Made by a program: the position numbers and the translations under genes
Assembly (NCBI GenBank): GCA_964462685.1
Contig: CAYWYR010000001.1
Coordinates: 108,137-172,136 of the forward strand
Direction: 5' to 3'
Source: an uncultured Hyphomicrobiales bacterium
GTDB lineage: Bacteria; Bacteroidota; Ignavibacteria; Kapaibacteriales; UBA2268
DNA: 64,000 nt
The notes under the pieces: model-generated
The model's database searches: none
The model's input: only the letters and a program-made list of their open reading frames with translations
Told to the model about the DNA's origin: nothing
Shown here: piece after piece, positions 28,036 to 38,693 of the stretch
How the letters are laid out: each line of letters starts with the position of its first letter
Numbering within the stretch: the stretch's first letter is position 1

Positions 28036-28710
28036 ATGAAAATGCAAGATATTCACACTAATATGGAAAGCAACTACATGATTCCTTATGTAGTTGAACG
28101 AACCAGCCGCGGTGAGAGATCATTCGATATTTATTCCCGTTTGCTACAGGAAAATATTATCTTCATCAACTCCCCTATTGATGATGGGCTGGCTTCTGTG
28201 GTGATAGCTCAAATGCTTTTCCTTTCATCACAAGATCCTAAAAAAGATATAAACCTTTATATCAATTCTCCTGGCGGATCGGTAACATCTGGCTTAGCTA
28301 TTTACGATACGATGCAGTTTGTAAAACCTGATATATCAACTATATGCATAGGAATGGCAGCTTCAATGGCTCAGGTATTGCTGGCGGCCGGAAGCGAAGG
28401 CAAGCGTTTCGCTCTTCCTCACAGTAAGATTATGATGCATCAGCCAATGGGGGGCACCCAGGGTATGGCATCTGATATCGATATATACACTAAGGAAATG
28501 CTTCGCACGCGTGATACGCTTTATGAGATTATCGGTAAGCATACGAACAAGCCAGCTGAGGAAATCAGGAAAGATGCTGACCGCGATTTCTATATGACAG
28601 CTCGTGAAGCAGCGGATTATCATATCGTAGATAAAGTACTTGAAAGAGTAAGCGATTCCGACTCACTGGATAAAGACAAAAAAGACGATAATTCAAATAA
28701 AGATTCTTAA
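28036..28710 (+). CDS. clpP: ATP-dependent Clp protease proteolytic subunit (probable start at 28078, MIPYVVE)
   Basis: RGERSFDIYSRLL, the Ser nucleophile in GMAASMA, and MHQP. Confidence 0.9.
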   Translation: MKMQDIHTNMESNYMIPYVVERTSRGERSFDIYSRLLQENIIFINSPIDDGLASVVIAQMLFLSSQDPKKDINLYINSPGGSVTSGLAIYDTMQFVKPDISTICIGMAASMAQVLLAAGSEGKRFALPHSKIMMHQPMGGTQGMASDIDIYTKEMLRTRDTLYEIIGKHTNKPAEEIRKDADRDFYMTAREAADYHIVDKVLERVSDSDSLDKDKKDDNSNKDS

Positions 28711-28781
28711 AAAAATACACTTAATACGATTACAGTTATTCTTAAATTGCTTTATATAATAAAGCAGATTTAGATTATCAG

Positions 28782-28812
28782 AAGCCGCTTATGATAAAAA
28801 AGCGGCTTTTAG
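28782..28812 (+). terminator. Hairpin between clpP and clpX (partial terminator or attenuator)
   Basis: Perfect 8-bp stem aagccgct / agcggctt followed by a T-rich tail. Confidence 0.45.
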
Positions 28813-28844
28813 ATTTTAAGCAGTAAGGCACATTACAAACTGAT

Positions 28845-30128
28845 ATGGCAAAAAGAAACACTACAAACGAACTGCACTGCTCTTTTTGCAGTAGATCCAA
28901 CTCCGAAGTCAATAGCTTGATCGAGGGGCCAAACGGGGTTTTTATCTGCGATCGTTGCGTATCAAATGCTAACGATATCATAAAAAAAAGCAAGCCTTCG
29001 GAAAAGCTAGGAGATTTTACTTTATATAAGCCATCGGAACTGAAAAAGCGACTTGATGAGTATGTTATCGGACAGGATGACCCAAAAAGAATTCTTTCTG
29101 TCGCTGTATATAATCATTATAAAAGAATACAGTCCGATAACCTTTCAAGTAAGTTTGATGATATTAAGGATGTGGAGCTTGAAAAAAGTAATATCCTTAT
29201 GCTTGGGCCAACAGGTACTGGTAAGACTTTACTTGCAAGGACTCTCGCCCGTATCCTAAACGTACCTTTTGCAATAGCGGACGCCACCACGATTACAGAA
29301 TCAGGATATGTGGGAGATGATGTGGAGACGGTACTGCTTGGTCTTCTTCAGGCTACCGACTATGATACAGACCTTGTAGAACGCGGTATTATATATATAG
29401 ATGAGATCGATAAAATCGGTCGTAAATCCGATAGTCAGTCTATAACTCGCGATGTATCTGGTGAGGGCGTTCAGCAGGCTTTACTTAAAATGCTAGAGGG
29501 CTCCAAAATGGGCGTTCCGCCCAAAGGTGGCCGAAAGCACCCAGAGCAAAATCTGATATATGTAGATACTACCAATATTCTCTTTATATGTGGCGGTGCA
29601 TTTGAGGGATTAGAGAAAATTATCGATGCCCGTATGCAGAAAGCAAGTATTGGTTTTATGGCTGATGGTAAAAAGTCTGAAGAAGAACTTGAAGAGCTCC
29701 TTACGTTCGTAGAGCCAGATGATCTTGTCAAATTCGGATTCATACCTGAAATGATAGGCAGGTTGCCAGTTGTTACTTCTCTTCAGTCCTTATCCGAAGA
29801 TGCGATGCTACGCATCCTTACAGAGCCGAAAAACGCTATCACCAAACAGTACCAAAAGCTTTTTGCTTTGGATGGTGTTGAATTAGAGTTTGATCAAGGC
29901 GCCTTAAAGGCCATTGTCGAGAAAGCTTTCGCTAGAAAAACCGGCGCTCGTGGGCTACGCTCTATAGTTGAAGATACAATGCTATCAATAATGTACGATG
30001 TACCAGACAAAACTAATCTAGGTAAGGTTGTGATAACCGAAGATACTGTTAAGGCTAAAGCTACTCCCGTTATGCTTCCTAAAGGCGAAACATCTGAGCC
30101 CAAATCTAATGCTAAAAAAGCAAGCTGA
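28845..30128 (+). CDS. clpX: ATP-dependent Clp protease ATP-binding subunit ClpX
   Basis: N-terminal C4 zinc finger (CSFCSRS ... CDRC), Walker [12 protein letters not shown] and Walker [11 protein letters not shown]. Confidence 0.9.
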   Translation: MAKRNTTNELHCSFCSRSNSEVNSLIEGPNGVFICDRCVSNANDIIKKSKPSEKLGDFTLYKPSELKKRLDEYVIGQDDPKRILSVAVYNHYKRIQSDNLSSKFDDIKDVELEKSNILMLGPTGTGKTLLARTLARILNVPFAIADATTITESGYVGDDVETVLLGLLQATDYDTDLVERGIIYIDEIDKIGRKSDSQSITRDVSGEGVQQALLKMLEGSKMGVPPKGGRKHPEQNLIYVDTTNILFICGGAFEGLEKIIDARMQKASIGFMADGKKSEEELEELLTFVEPDDLVKFGFIPEMIGRLPVVTSLQSLSEDAMLRILTEPKNAITKQYQKLFALDGVELEFDQGALKAIVEKAFARKTGARGLRSIVEDTMLSIMYDVPDKTNLGKVVITEDTVKAKATPVMLPKGETSEPKSNAKKAS

Positions 30129-30174
30129 TCTTATATAGTAGTGAGTTATAGATTATCTATATCTATCTATTCCC

Positions 30175-30256
30175 GTCATTCAGAGGGGGCAGAATACTTG
30201 CTTGTCATATTGAGCCTGTCGAAATATGGACAAGTACATTCCAAGACTCAATATAA
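30175..30256. repeat. Dispersed repeat copy: module C (gtcattcagag) then module A with an internal 28-bp deletion
   Basis: cccgtcattcagagggggcagaatacttgcttgtcatattgag ... cctgtcgaaatatggacaagtacattccaagactcaatata aligns with 26318..26420. Confidence 0.7.
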
Positions 30257-30294
30257 CATGCGCTTGATATGACGTGGTAGTTTTCTAAAGTATT

Positions 30295-30853
30295 TCAAAT
30301 CCATCCTTTTTTTCTTGTAACATAAATAAGTGCCCCAGAAATAATTATTCCCAAAATATATGCTGGGAAAAGGACGTACCCTGATTCTCCTCCTTCAATT
30401 ACACTCCAAAGCATCTTCAATACGATACTCATCATTATAACTATAAAGCCCCAGAATATTTTGCGTTGCCAAAATGCCATGCCTATTAGAATAAATCCCG
30501 CTGGAACAGTTAATGTCAACAGTATTTTCTTGATTCCCCAATCTGATGTCAAAAACTCTATCTCCATTTCAAGAAATTCTATAGCAATAGCCGATGGTGT
30601 ACTCGGCTCGGTAAACCACATCATAGATGTTGTAAGGGCAAAAAATACTGAATAGCATGCCTGAATAGCTTTTCTTGAAAGCAAAAAAGCAATATGGCAA
30701 TAGCAACAAAGGCCTTATGTACCAACTGAGGGGATTATAGTGTCTCTGCCACGAAAACTCAAAAAAAGAATCATTAAATATCATCAGTAGTATAAAAACT
30801 ACTGTAAGTAAACCGAAAAATATAGATAATAATATATCTTTTTTACGAGACAT
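30295..30853 (-). pseudogene. Small polytopic membrane protein split across two overlapping frames: a frameshift, or a sequencing or assembly error
   Basis: ORFs 30569..30853 and 30295..30684 overlap by 116 nt in different frames. Each is hydrophobic only outside the overlap. Confidence 0.3.
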
Positions 30854-30899
30854 TGAAGGAATGGAATTTATCAGTCATATTGTTTGAATTCAATATAAA

Positions 30900-30928
30900 T
30901 AAAAAAGGCAACCTTATTAGGTTGCCTT
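30900..30928 (-). terminator. Terminator downstream of tRNA-Ser (minus strand)
   Basis: aggcaacc / ggttgcct stem. On the minus strand it is followed by T6. Confidence 0.55.
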
Positions 30929-30939
30929 TATATCGCTGT

Positions 30940-31025
30940 TGGCGGAGGATGAGGGACTCGAACCCCCATGTCCGTGAAGACGGCAGTTTTCAAGACTGCT
31001 GCAATACCAATTATGCGAATCCTCC
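30940..31025 (-). tRNA. tRNA-Ser (anticodon UGA)
   Basis: The reverse complement reads GGAGGATTCGC ... gcagu-cuUGAaa-acugc, with a long variable arm (cgtcttcacggacat) and GGTTCGAGTCC T-arm, ending ATCCTCCGCCA. Confidence 0.85.
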
Positions 31026-31039
31026 GTATCAGAGAGAGG

Positions 31040-31070
31040 CAAAATTAGGTACTTGAAGGCATATATGCAA
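31040..31070 (-). promoter_or_regulatory. TTG-N20-TAatTTTG promoter upstream of tRNA-Ser (minus strand)
   Basis: On the minus strand, TTG (31070-31068), a 20-nt spacer, then TAATTTTG (31047-31040), 14 nt before the tRNA 5' end. Confidence 0.45.
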
Positions 31071-31096
31071 GTACAAATTTCATATATGGAAAATTT

Positions 31097-32071
31097 TCAG
31101 AAGCTTCTTTCTAATACGAAGTCAGCTAATTGTTGAAGAGAGTCTTTATGAGGGCTGTTTCGTAAACCGCTGATTGCGTCTATTGCCTTATCGCGATAAA
31201 TCAGAGCCTGATGTTTAGTGTATTCCAGCCCGCCGGATCTATCAACATATTCCACCACTTTCTTTACATCGGCATCAGTAAGCTTGCCTTTTTTGATCAT
31301 ACTCTGTATCTTCTTGGTCTCATTAGCTTCACCATGCTGAAACGAGTAGATTAGTGGGAGTGTGATCTTTCTTTCTTTTATGTCATTGCCAACTGGCTTT
31401 CCGATAATACTGGTGCGGGAGGTGTAATCAAAAAGATCATCTCTAAGTTGGAAAGCTATACCTAGGTTTTCGCCATATTCAGATAGTGATGAACGAATTT
31501 CTTTTTTATCAGTTGTGGATATCGCCCCAATACAGCAACATGATGCGATAAGTGATGCTGTTTTGTCCGATATGATCTTGAAGTAAGTCTCTTCTTTGAT
31601 ATCGAATTTCTTTGCTCTCTCAATAGCGAGAAGCTCACCTTCAGACATTCGCCTAACCGAGCTGCTTGTTACTGCCAGAAATTCAAACTCATTATTTTCT
31701 ACAGAAGTGGACAGACCTTTGGAAAGTAAATAGTCACCGACCAGTACCGCTATTTTGTTGTTCCATTCAGCATTGATGGAAGCAAGGCCGCGGCGTTCAC
31801 CTGCTCTATCAACTACATCATCATGTACGAGTGTAGCTGTATGCAGAAGCTCTACCATCGTGGCGCCGATATATGTTCTATCTGAGATAGTACCGGCCGC
31901 ACCGGCCGATAGGAAAACAAGAATCGGCCTTATCTGCTTGCCTTTAGTTTTGGACATGTAGCGGAGCACAAGGTTCAGCAGAGAGGTCTCGGTCTTTATC
32001 GCGTCTTTGTAATAAGCGTCAAACTTGCCGAGGTGTTCGTTTATTGGAAGAGATATATCTTTTAGGTTCAT
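31097..32071 (-). CDS. ispB: Polyprenyl diphosphate synthase (octaprenyl/IspB-like)
   Basis: First DDxxD motif LVHDDVVDRAGERRG and second motif FQLRDDLFD. Confidence 0.8.
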   Translation of the reverse strand: MNLKDISLPINEHLGKFDAYYKDAIKTETSLLNLVLRYMSKTKGKQIRPILVFLSAGAAGTISDRTYIGATMVELLHTATLVHDDVVDRAGERRGLASINAEWNNKIAVLVGDYLLSKGLSTSVENNEFEFLAVTSSSVRRMSEGELLAIERAKKFDIKEETYFKIISDKTASLIASCCCIGAISTTDKKEIRSSLSEYGENLGIAFQLRDDLFDYTSRTSIIGKPVGNDIKERKITLPLIYSFQHGEANETKKIQSMIKKGKLTDADVKKVVEYVDRSGGLEYTKHQALIYRDKAIDAISGLRNSPHKDSLQQLADFVLERSF

Positions 32072-32101
32072 GCTGTAGTGTGTAACGCCTAAGGTAAAGG
32101 T

Positions 32102-32974
32102 TTATGTTAGCGGTTCGGCATATTTCTTGAAAGCCCATGCTGAAATGAGTATGCTTATCTCATAAAGTATATATATCGGGCCTGCTACGATAGTCTGGTT
32201 CAAGGGGTCAGGGCTTGGTGTGATAATGGCCGCGAGTATCAATATTATTACTATTGAATGCCTGCGGTATTTGCGAAGCACACCCGGGGATAGCATCCCG
32301 CCTCGGCTGAGTACATAAGATACCATAGGCATTTCAAAGAAAAGCCCGGCGGCGAGAATTACCATCATTATGGTATCCCAGTACATATTGATATCTGTAA
32401 GATTTAAGATCAGATCCGAACCAAAACCACTTGCAAAAGACAGCATCGGTGGCAGCATAACGAAATATGCGAAAGTGATACCCGATATAAAACAGAAGGT
32501 GGTGAAAAGCACGATCGTTTTCGCCCAGGATTTTTCGTTTTTATATAAAGCTGGTTCTACGAACCGCCATATCTGATATAGCGTATGGGGTAGGGATAGT
32601 ACAACACCTGCCCATAGTATCGTTTTGAAGAAAAAATAAACCTGGCCGTAAGGTTGCTGGTTTTGGAGTTTCATCCCCGCATTCTTAGCAGGCAGGAGAA
32701 GTACGTAATTTATAATCTCTTCTATATAAATACCGCCCACAATGGCCGCTAAGGCTACTCCACCGATTATCCAAAGGATCATGTTCCGGAGATCGGATAG
32801 GTGATCCATAAAGGTCATTTGCTTCTGTTCCTCGGTGGCTTCAGGCTCATCTCTGCTTACTTCTATATGCCCAGAATCCAAATTTCCATCTTTGTCAATG
32901 CCATCCTTAGGCCTTCCACCTGTCGGTAGTTCGGCGCCTTCTTCAGGCAGATCAAAATCTTGGTCTCTAGGCAT
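32102..32974 (-). CDS. tatC: Twin-arginine translocase subunit TatC (probable start at the internal Met near 32818; acidic N-terminal extension if the longer form is real)
   Basis: MTFMDHLSDLRNMILW ... is a TatC-type N-terminus, with six TM helices. Confidence 0.8.
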   Translation of the reverse strand: MPRDQDFDLPEEGAELPTGGRPKDGIDKDGNLDSGHIEVSRDEPEATEEQKQMTFMDHLSDLRNMILWIIGGVALAAIVGGIYIEEIINYVLLLPAKNAGMKLQNQQPYGQVYFFFKTILWAGVVLSLPHTLYQIWRFVEPALYKNEKSWAKTIVLFTTFCFISGITFAYFVMLPPMLSFASGFGSDLILNLTDINMYWDTIMMVILAAGLFFEMPMVSYVLSRGGMLSPGVLRKYRRHSIVIILILAAIITPSPDPLNQTIVAGPIYILYEISILISAWAFKKYAEPLT

Positions 32975-33042
32975 TTATCAGAATTTTGGAGTGTGGTATC
33001 TAAATAAGTATTACGAAAAGTAGCATCAGCTTGATATGCAAT

Positions 33043-35055
33043 TTACAATATGGATTTCAGACCCATGCGTAATGTTCTGCCAGGAGCTGGAAAACCTATC
33101 TTAAACAGAAAAGGCTGGTCGGTAATATTATCGATTCTCGCGAATATTTCTGTGGCTGTACTCTCAATTATCAGGTTATAGGCTAACCTGAGATTTAGGC
33201 GATACTGAAATCCGAGGATAACTTCTTCACCGTCATTGTAACTCAACTGGCTGCCGTTAAACTGTATTTCTGGCATAATAGATAGATTTTCTATCGATCG
33301 GTTGTCTATTCTGAGAAAGCCTATTACCTCAGGTCTTGTTTCGAGTAGCCGCTCACTACCGTTCGAAGTTCCACGCGGCCTCATAAGGGATAGATTTGCA
33401 AGATAACTTGTTGATATATCCGAAAAAGTACCGTCGGCTTCGATTTCTATTCCAGGAATAACTGCGTTGTCGATATTCCTTCTCATATCTCTTCCTAAGT
33501 CATCGCCTAAAACGGGCTCTACTTCTATTAAGCCATTATAACTATTATAAAAAGCAGCTGTTGAAATGGAATGATTTTCGAAAGAAATTCTATATCCAAA
33601 TTCAGAAAGTATACCTGTTTCGGGTGTTAAATCCGGATTGATGATAAATCTATCAGCATCCGAATACTGTTCGCGCATTGTTGGGAATCTATTCTTCCTC
33701 GATATGTTTGCGAATATATCTGAGCTTTCTGTTAATCTATATCCAACACCGAGCAAGAAACCTAAATCAGAAATCGTATTACCTTCATCTTCTGTAAACT
33801 GCCCTGTTTGAGGCGTAATATTAAGATCGTAACTAGCACCTATGGCATAGCTAAGATTATTATATATGCCTCTGTATTCCGATCCAAGCGAGAATGTAGA
33901 TTGCGAAAATGTCAAATCTGGTTGGTTTGTTTCTTCCCAGCCATGTATAGAGTGGTAGCCTACGATAGATGTAGAAAGCGTTCCATCTGCTATATCGAGA
34001 TCTAATATAGCTCTTCCGCCGAATGTGCGGTCGTCATCTTCCTGTATAGCTTCAATATCGGAATATGATATATCCTCGTACTTATCAATTGCTTGATCAA
34101 AATCATCATACCATAGTGTAGTCCTGAAACTACCTTCATCAAACTCGTAGCTGGAATTAAGTATCGTTATAAGTCTGTTCCAATCTCCGTACTGCCAGTA
34201 GCGGCTTCTTCTTTCTCTATTATCTTGGGGTACTACTCCTTTACTACCGGTTATCCCCAATACACCTAAACCTATCTTTACTTCACCGATTTGGGTTTCG
34301 GCTCTTATATAACCAGTGTTTCTTTCTTGGAAAGAGTTCGGTAACAGTCCTGGATTGCCTGGCCTGTTAAATACTTCATAATTTGGCTGTGAGGTATTGA
34401 GTATTCCGGGTGAATTTAGGGTATTGAAATGCACTATGATATTGGTTTTGCCCGATCTGTTATGGGAAGTACCGCTTAGTTGATAGCCTCCGCCCTCTAG
34501 CCCCATGGCTGATATAATATTGGTTTGGCCATCGCTGTTCCGTTCAAACGTACTGAGACTAAGAGCCCCACCCATTGTGTTTGCACCATATAGTACAGAA
34601 GATGAACCTTGGTCGGTTACCATTCTACCTATTATTTCTGCTGGTATAAATGATAGATCCATTCTGTTATCCCATGGGATGTTCAGCAAAGCACCGTCAA
34701 AAAAAAGAGCTGTCTGTCTTTCGCCAGAGTTTCTCAGATAAAGCAGTGTCTCTCCTCGGGAATTAGTTTCAAGCCGTGCAGAGGGTATTAGCGGAGCTAC
34801 TTCGGCTATGGAAGTACCATCCGTTTTTTGTATATCACGATACCGCAGTATATCAGATGTAGATATTCTTACTTGGTTTTGCCCGTTTTCATCAGCCGTT
34901 TTAACTATCTGGCCAATCGAATAGCTTTGAATGCTATCGCTTGCTTTAACTATTTCAGAATCTTGTGCTGATAATTGATAGCTGAGAGAAAGTAGTAAGA
35001 TTATACAAGCGAGAAATTTATAATATAGATTTATAAGTAGATACTCGTAATGCAT
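33043..35055 (-). CDS. TonB-dependent outer-membrane receptor
   Basis: Signal peptide, plug domain (VTDQGSSSVLYGANTMGGALSL), and a long beta-barrel with a C-terminal aromatic-rich strand. Confidence 0.75.
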   Translation of the reverse strand: MHYEYLLINLYYKFLACIILLLSLSYQLSAQDSEIVKASDSIQSYSIGQIVKTADENGQNQVRISTSDILRYRDIQKTDGTSIAEVAPLIPSARLETNSRGETLLYLRNSGERQTALFFDGALLNIPWDNRMDLSFIPAEIIGRMVTDQGSSSVLYGANTMGGALSLSTFERNSDGQTNIISAMGLEGGGYQLSGTSHNRSGKTNIIVHFNTLNSPGILNTSQPNYEVFNRPGNPGLLPNSFQERNTGYIRAETQIGEVKIGLGVLGITGSKGVVPQDNRERRSRYWQYGDWNRLITILNSSYEFDEGSFRTTLWYDDFDQAIDKYEDISYSDIEAIQEDDDRTFGGRAILDLDIADGTLSTSIVGYHSIHGWEETNQPDLTFSQSTFSLGSEYRGIYNNLSYAIGASYDLNITPQTGQFTEDEGNTISDLGFLLGVGYRLTESSDIFANISRKNRFPTMREQYSDADRFIINPDLTPETGILSEFGYRISFENHSISTAAFYNSYNGLIEVEPVLGDDLGRDMRRNIDNAVIPGIEIEADGTFSDISTSYLANLSLMRPRGTSNGSERLLETRPEVIGFLRIDNRSIENLSIMPEIQFNGSQLSYNDGEEVILGFQYRLNLRLAYNLIIESTATEIFARIDNITDQPFLFKIGFPAPGRTLRMGLKSIL

Positions 35056-35091
35056 ATTCAGCGTAAATAGGTTCAGTCTTTATATTTATGG

Positions 35092-36132
35092 TTATAGGCG
35101 AGGAATATCATCATCGCTGGTGATTTCATCTTCTTCCTGTTGCTTTTTATCTCTGAGAATACTTTCCCACAGCAGATGTTTTAACTGCTCGATATTCTTG
35201 CCTGAAACCGAGGATATGAATATCGGTTCGATGCCGTCGAATCTCATTTCCTTCGCTTCTTCAATGATCTCAGGTATAGCGGAATCTACTTTGGTCAACG
35301 CAACCATAAAGCTTTTGTCTTTCATCAGTTCTGAATAGGAATGCAGCTCATTTTTGAGCAGTTCATATTCTTCCATTATATCAACCGCATTGATATCGAT
35401 CATATATAATAGAGAGGCTGTCCTTTCTATATGCTTTAGAAACTGAAACCCCAAGCCTTTCCCTTCGCTAGCTCCTTCGATAAGTCCCGGTATATCCGCT
35501 ACTGTATATGACTCATATTCGCCCATTCGGACTATCCCAAGGTTGGGTACGAGTGTTGTAAAAGGGTAATCAGCTATTTTAGGTTTTGCGGCAGATATTA
35601 CCGAAATAAGAGTGCTCTTGCCAGCGTTAGGTTTTCCAACAAATCCAATATCAGCAAGTAGTTTAAGCTCAAGCTTGATAAAGCGTTCTTCGCCGGGTAG
35701 GCCTGGCTGCCCGTATCGCGGTGCCTGATTGGTAGGGGTAGCGAATTCTGCATTACCTCTACCGCCCTTACCGCCTTTAAGCAGTACTACTTTCTTATCT
35801 TTAGTATCGATATCGGCTAGTAGCTCACCCGTATCTGCATCAAAAACCTGAGTCCCAACTGGAACTTTTATTTTTTTGCTTTTTCCGTTCTTCCCTGATT
35901 TTTTTGCCTTACCACCCGGTACGCCATCTGGAGCATGGTATTTTCTAACGTACCTGAAATCCAGAAGCGTGGCCATATTCGGATTGGCTTGAATAACGAT
36001 ATCCCCGCCATCCCCGCCGTTACCGCCGTCAGGCCCGCCTTTGGGCATAAACTTTTCTCTACGGAATGAAACGTGTCCTTTTCCGCCGTCGCCTGATTTG
36101 ACTTCTACTTTAGCGCTGTCAATAAACTTCAT
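35092..36132 (-). CDS. obg: GTPase Obg/CgtA
   Basis: Obg fold N-terminus (GDGGKGHVSF ... GGNGGDGGD) and GTPase G1 motif GKPNAGKST. Confidence 0.9.
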   Translation of the reverse strand: MKFIDSAKVEVKSGDGGKGHVSFRREKFMPKGGPDGGNGGDGGDIVIQANPNMATLLDFRYVRKYHAPDGVPGGKAKKSGKNGKSKKIKVPVGTQVFDADTGELLADIDTKDKKVVLLKGGKGGRGNAEFATPTNQAPRYGQPGLPGEERFIKLELKLLADIGFVGKPNAGKSTLISVISAAKPKIADYPFTTLVPNLGIVRMGEYESYTVADIPGLIEGASEGKGLGFQFLKHIERTASLLYMIDINAVDIMEEYELLKNELHSYSELMKDKSFMVALTKVDSAIPEIIEEAKEMRFDGIEPIFISSVSGKNIEQLKHLLWESILRDKKQQEEDEITSDDDIPRL

Positions 36133-36909
36133 TCAAATATTATAGTCTTTAAATTCGTATGTGTCGTAGCCCTGCTCTTCTAGCTCTTCTAGGCTTTTTA
36201 CTATGTAATCAATTACCGTATCAACTGTGATAATATTATTATCCGGATCATTTTGTTCTTTTTGGCTGAAATCGTGTTGAAGCCGAGCTGCAACTGATTC
36301 AAACCCCTTCTCATCAAGATAGATGAGTGCGGCTTTATAATCCAGTAGTCCGTTCCCTTCCAAATCAAAGAAAGCACTTATCTGATTGAGTGTATCTGAT
36401 AGATCATCCAAAGTCATGTTTTCAATTATCTCGGATTCTATACCTTCCAGTGCAGTTTGTATTTTGGTGATTTCGCCGGGGTATTCAGATATATAGTTAT
36501 CTATATCAAAATCTGAATACAATGTACTTATTGAATCGATAATACATTTAGCGGTAATTATTGAATCGGTAAGCACACTATTTCTAGCAGAATTATCGGA
36601 TTCGCTTTCACTTATCTCTCCATTATCCCCAATTCCTCCAATTCCTTCGTCTATTCCTGAAAGAACCTTAAATGTCGTTCTCGGCCTTAGAAGTCCGTTT
36701 ATATATATACCAGCCAAGTTGACCGTTGTGCCAATATTCTTCCCCGAAAAAAGTGCATCTATCTTTTCCAGCGAGTTTAAGATTTCATTCGGTGGTTCAG
36801 AATCAGTACTCTCTAGGCTGCAATAGTCTTGATACTGGTTATTCCAGTATTCTATTTCATCGGTGAAAAGTGACATGGCATAAATCGGCTTTGTTTTGTT
36901 ATAGGGCAA
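36133..36909 (-). CDS. Acidic hypothetical protein, translationally coupled to obg
   Basis: Stop and start are adjacent (36132/36133). About 20% Asp/Glu. No recognisable motifs. Confidence 0.45.
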   Translation of the reverse strand: MPYNKTKPIYAMSLFTDEIEYWNNQYQDYCSLESTDSEPPNEILNSLEKIDALFSGKNIGTTVNLAGIYINGLLRPRTTFKVLSGIDEGIGGIGDNGEISESESDNSARNSVLTDSIITAKCIIDSISTLYSDFDIDNYISEYPGEITKIQTALEGIESEIIENMTLDDLSDTLNQISAFFDLEGNGLLDYKAALIYLDEKGFESVAARLQHDFSQKEQNDPDNNIITVDTVIDYIVKSLEELEEQGYDTYEFKDYNI

Positions 36910-37089
36910 TTATCAGATTCTACAAACATAGTTTAATGAAGCGTCAACTTCAATAAAAGATAATATGCATAATCATATACCGTTATCCACATTATAGTAA
37001 AGGAATAATTACAATCCTTATTTTTGAAATTACTAGAATAGCTGATAAGCTCAGTAAAATCTGATCTCAACATTAAACCGTAAGCAATT

Positions 37090-38661
37090 ATGACTGTTAA
37101 TAATGACCTATTGATGACACCTAAAAAAGCCATTATTTCTGTATCCGATAAAAAGGGTATCGAAGAGCTGGCAAAAGGATTAACCGATAACGGGGTTGAG
37201 ATCTACTCTACTGGTGGTACCAAAAAGGCTATTGCATCTGCTGGTATTCCTGTCAAATCAATCTCTGAACTTACTGGCTTTCCAGAAATTATGGGTGGAA
37301 GGGTTAAAACTCTTCACCCAAAAGTTCACGGCGGTATCTTAGCCGATCTAAGTTTACAGTCACACTTGGATGAGATGAGAGATACCGGAATACAACAGAT
37401 TGATATAGTTGTTGTCAATCTCTATCCCTTTGCAGAAACTTTGAAAAAGGGCGGCAGCCATGCTGATTTAATCGAGAACATCGATATCGGTGGCCCTACT
37501 ATGGTGAGGGCTTCTGCCAAAAATTATCGCTATACAACTATAATTACCGACCCTAATGATTATGATGTAGTGCTTTCAGAAATCAAAGGGGAAGGTATAA
37601 AATTTATTACAAGGGAAAGATTAGCCTCCAAAGCGTTCTTGCATACCGCTGAATATGATACAATGATATCAGGTTATTTCAGTGACTATCTATCAAATTC
37701 GAAAAGTGATACTTCTGATAAACGCACTGAATCGGAGGTAACCCTTAGATATGGGGAAAATCCTCATCAGGAAGCAAGCCTGAAATATTCAGATAGTCTG
37801 CCGTTTGATAGGATTTTTGAAAAGCTACACGGCAAAGATCTCAGCTATAATAATATTATTGATATTGATGCTTCCGCTGCTTTGATAAATGAGTTTAAAA
37901 ATGATGACAGAGCTGTTTGTAGCATTATCAAGCATACAAATCCATGTGGGGTAGGAGCTGGACAAGACATTTCATCAGCTTTTGATCTAGCATTTAAAAC
38001 TGATAATGTCAGCCCGTTCGGTGGTATAATCACAGTCAATAGAAGTATTGATGCTGAGTTTGCGGAGAAGATCCACTCAATGTTTATGGAAGTTGTAATT
38101 GCCCCAGGCTACGATGACAGTGCAATGGAAATATTAACAAAGAAACGCGATCGAAGACTTTTGACGATTGATTTTGATTCTCTAAATAGTGCCGATAATA
38201 AACTTGTAAAATCTGTTTACGGCGGTGAACTGATTCAGCAAAGGGACGGTTTTATGGTAGATAAAGCAGATCTGAAAACCGTTACTAAACGCCAGCCGAC
38301 AGATGAGGAAATGATAGCACTGATGTTCAACTGGAAGGTTTGTAAGCATGTTAAGTCCAACGCTATTGTATTTGGCGATATGAACGGTACGTTAGGGATA
38401 GGTGCCGGGCAGATGTCCCGGGTTGACAGTAGTAGAATAGCAGTTGAAAAATCAAAGCTTATGGGGCTGTCTTTGAAGGGTAGTGTAGTGGCAAGTGACG
38501 CATTCTTCCCTTTTGCTGACGGGCTTGAGCAGGCAGCAGAAGCAGGGGCTTCCGCGGTTATCCAACCAGGGGGATCGGTAAGAGATGAAGAAGTAATAGC
38601 GGCGGCGGATAGATTAGGGGTTGCTATGGTATTTACAGGTAATAGGCATTTCAAACACTGA
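37090..38661 (+). CDS. purH: Bifunctional AICAR transformylase / IMP cyclohydrolase
   Basis: MGS-like N-terminus (ALISVSDKKGIEELAKGL ... GVEIYSTGGT) and AICARFT domain. Confidence 0.9.
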   Translation: MTVNNDLLMTPKKAIISVSDKKGIEELAKGLTDNGVEIYSTGGTKKAIASAGIPVKSISELTGFPEIMGGRVKTLHPKVHGGILADLSLQSHLDEMRDTGIQQIDIVVVNLYPFAETLKKGGSHADLIENIDIGGPTMVRASAKNYRYTTIITDPNDYDVVLSEIKGEGIKFITRERLASKAFLHTAEYDTMISGYFSDYLSNSKSDTSDKRTESEVTLRYGENPHQEASLKYSDSLPFDRIFEKLHGKDLSYNNIIDIDASAALINEFKNDDRAVCSIIKHTNPCGVGAGQDISSAFDLAFKTDNVSPFGGIITVNRSIDAEFAEKIHSMFMEVVIAPGYDDSAMEILTKKRDRRLLTIDFDSLNSADNKLVKSVYGGELIQQRDGFMVDKADLKTVTKRQPTDEEMIALMFNWKVCKHVKSNAIVFGDMNGTLGIGAGQMSRVDSSRIAVEKSKLMGLSLKGSVVASDAFFPFADGLEQAAEAGASAVIQPGGSVRDEEVIAAADRLGVAMVFTGNRHFKH

Positions 38662-38693
38662 TATTAATTTTTTTGAGATTTAAGGGTTAAGAT

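Noticed and set aside
36910-37089. The 180-bp leader upstream of purH was examined for a ZTP (pfl) riboswitch, which commonly controls purH.
   Set aside because: The region is AT-rich and lacks the conserved GGGTCGTGAC ... CCGGGCGGA and pseudoknot CCGCC elements. It contains a TAttTTTG -7 promoter element instead.
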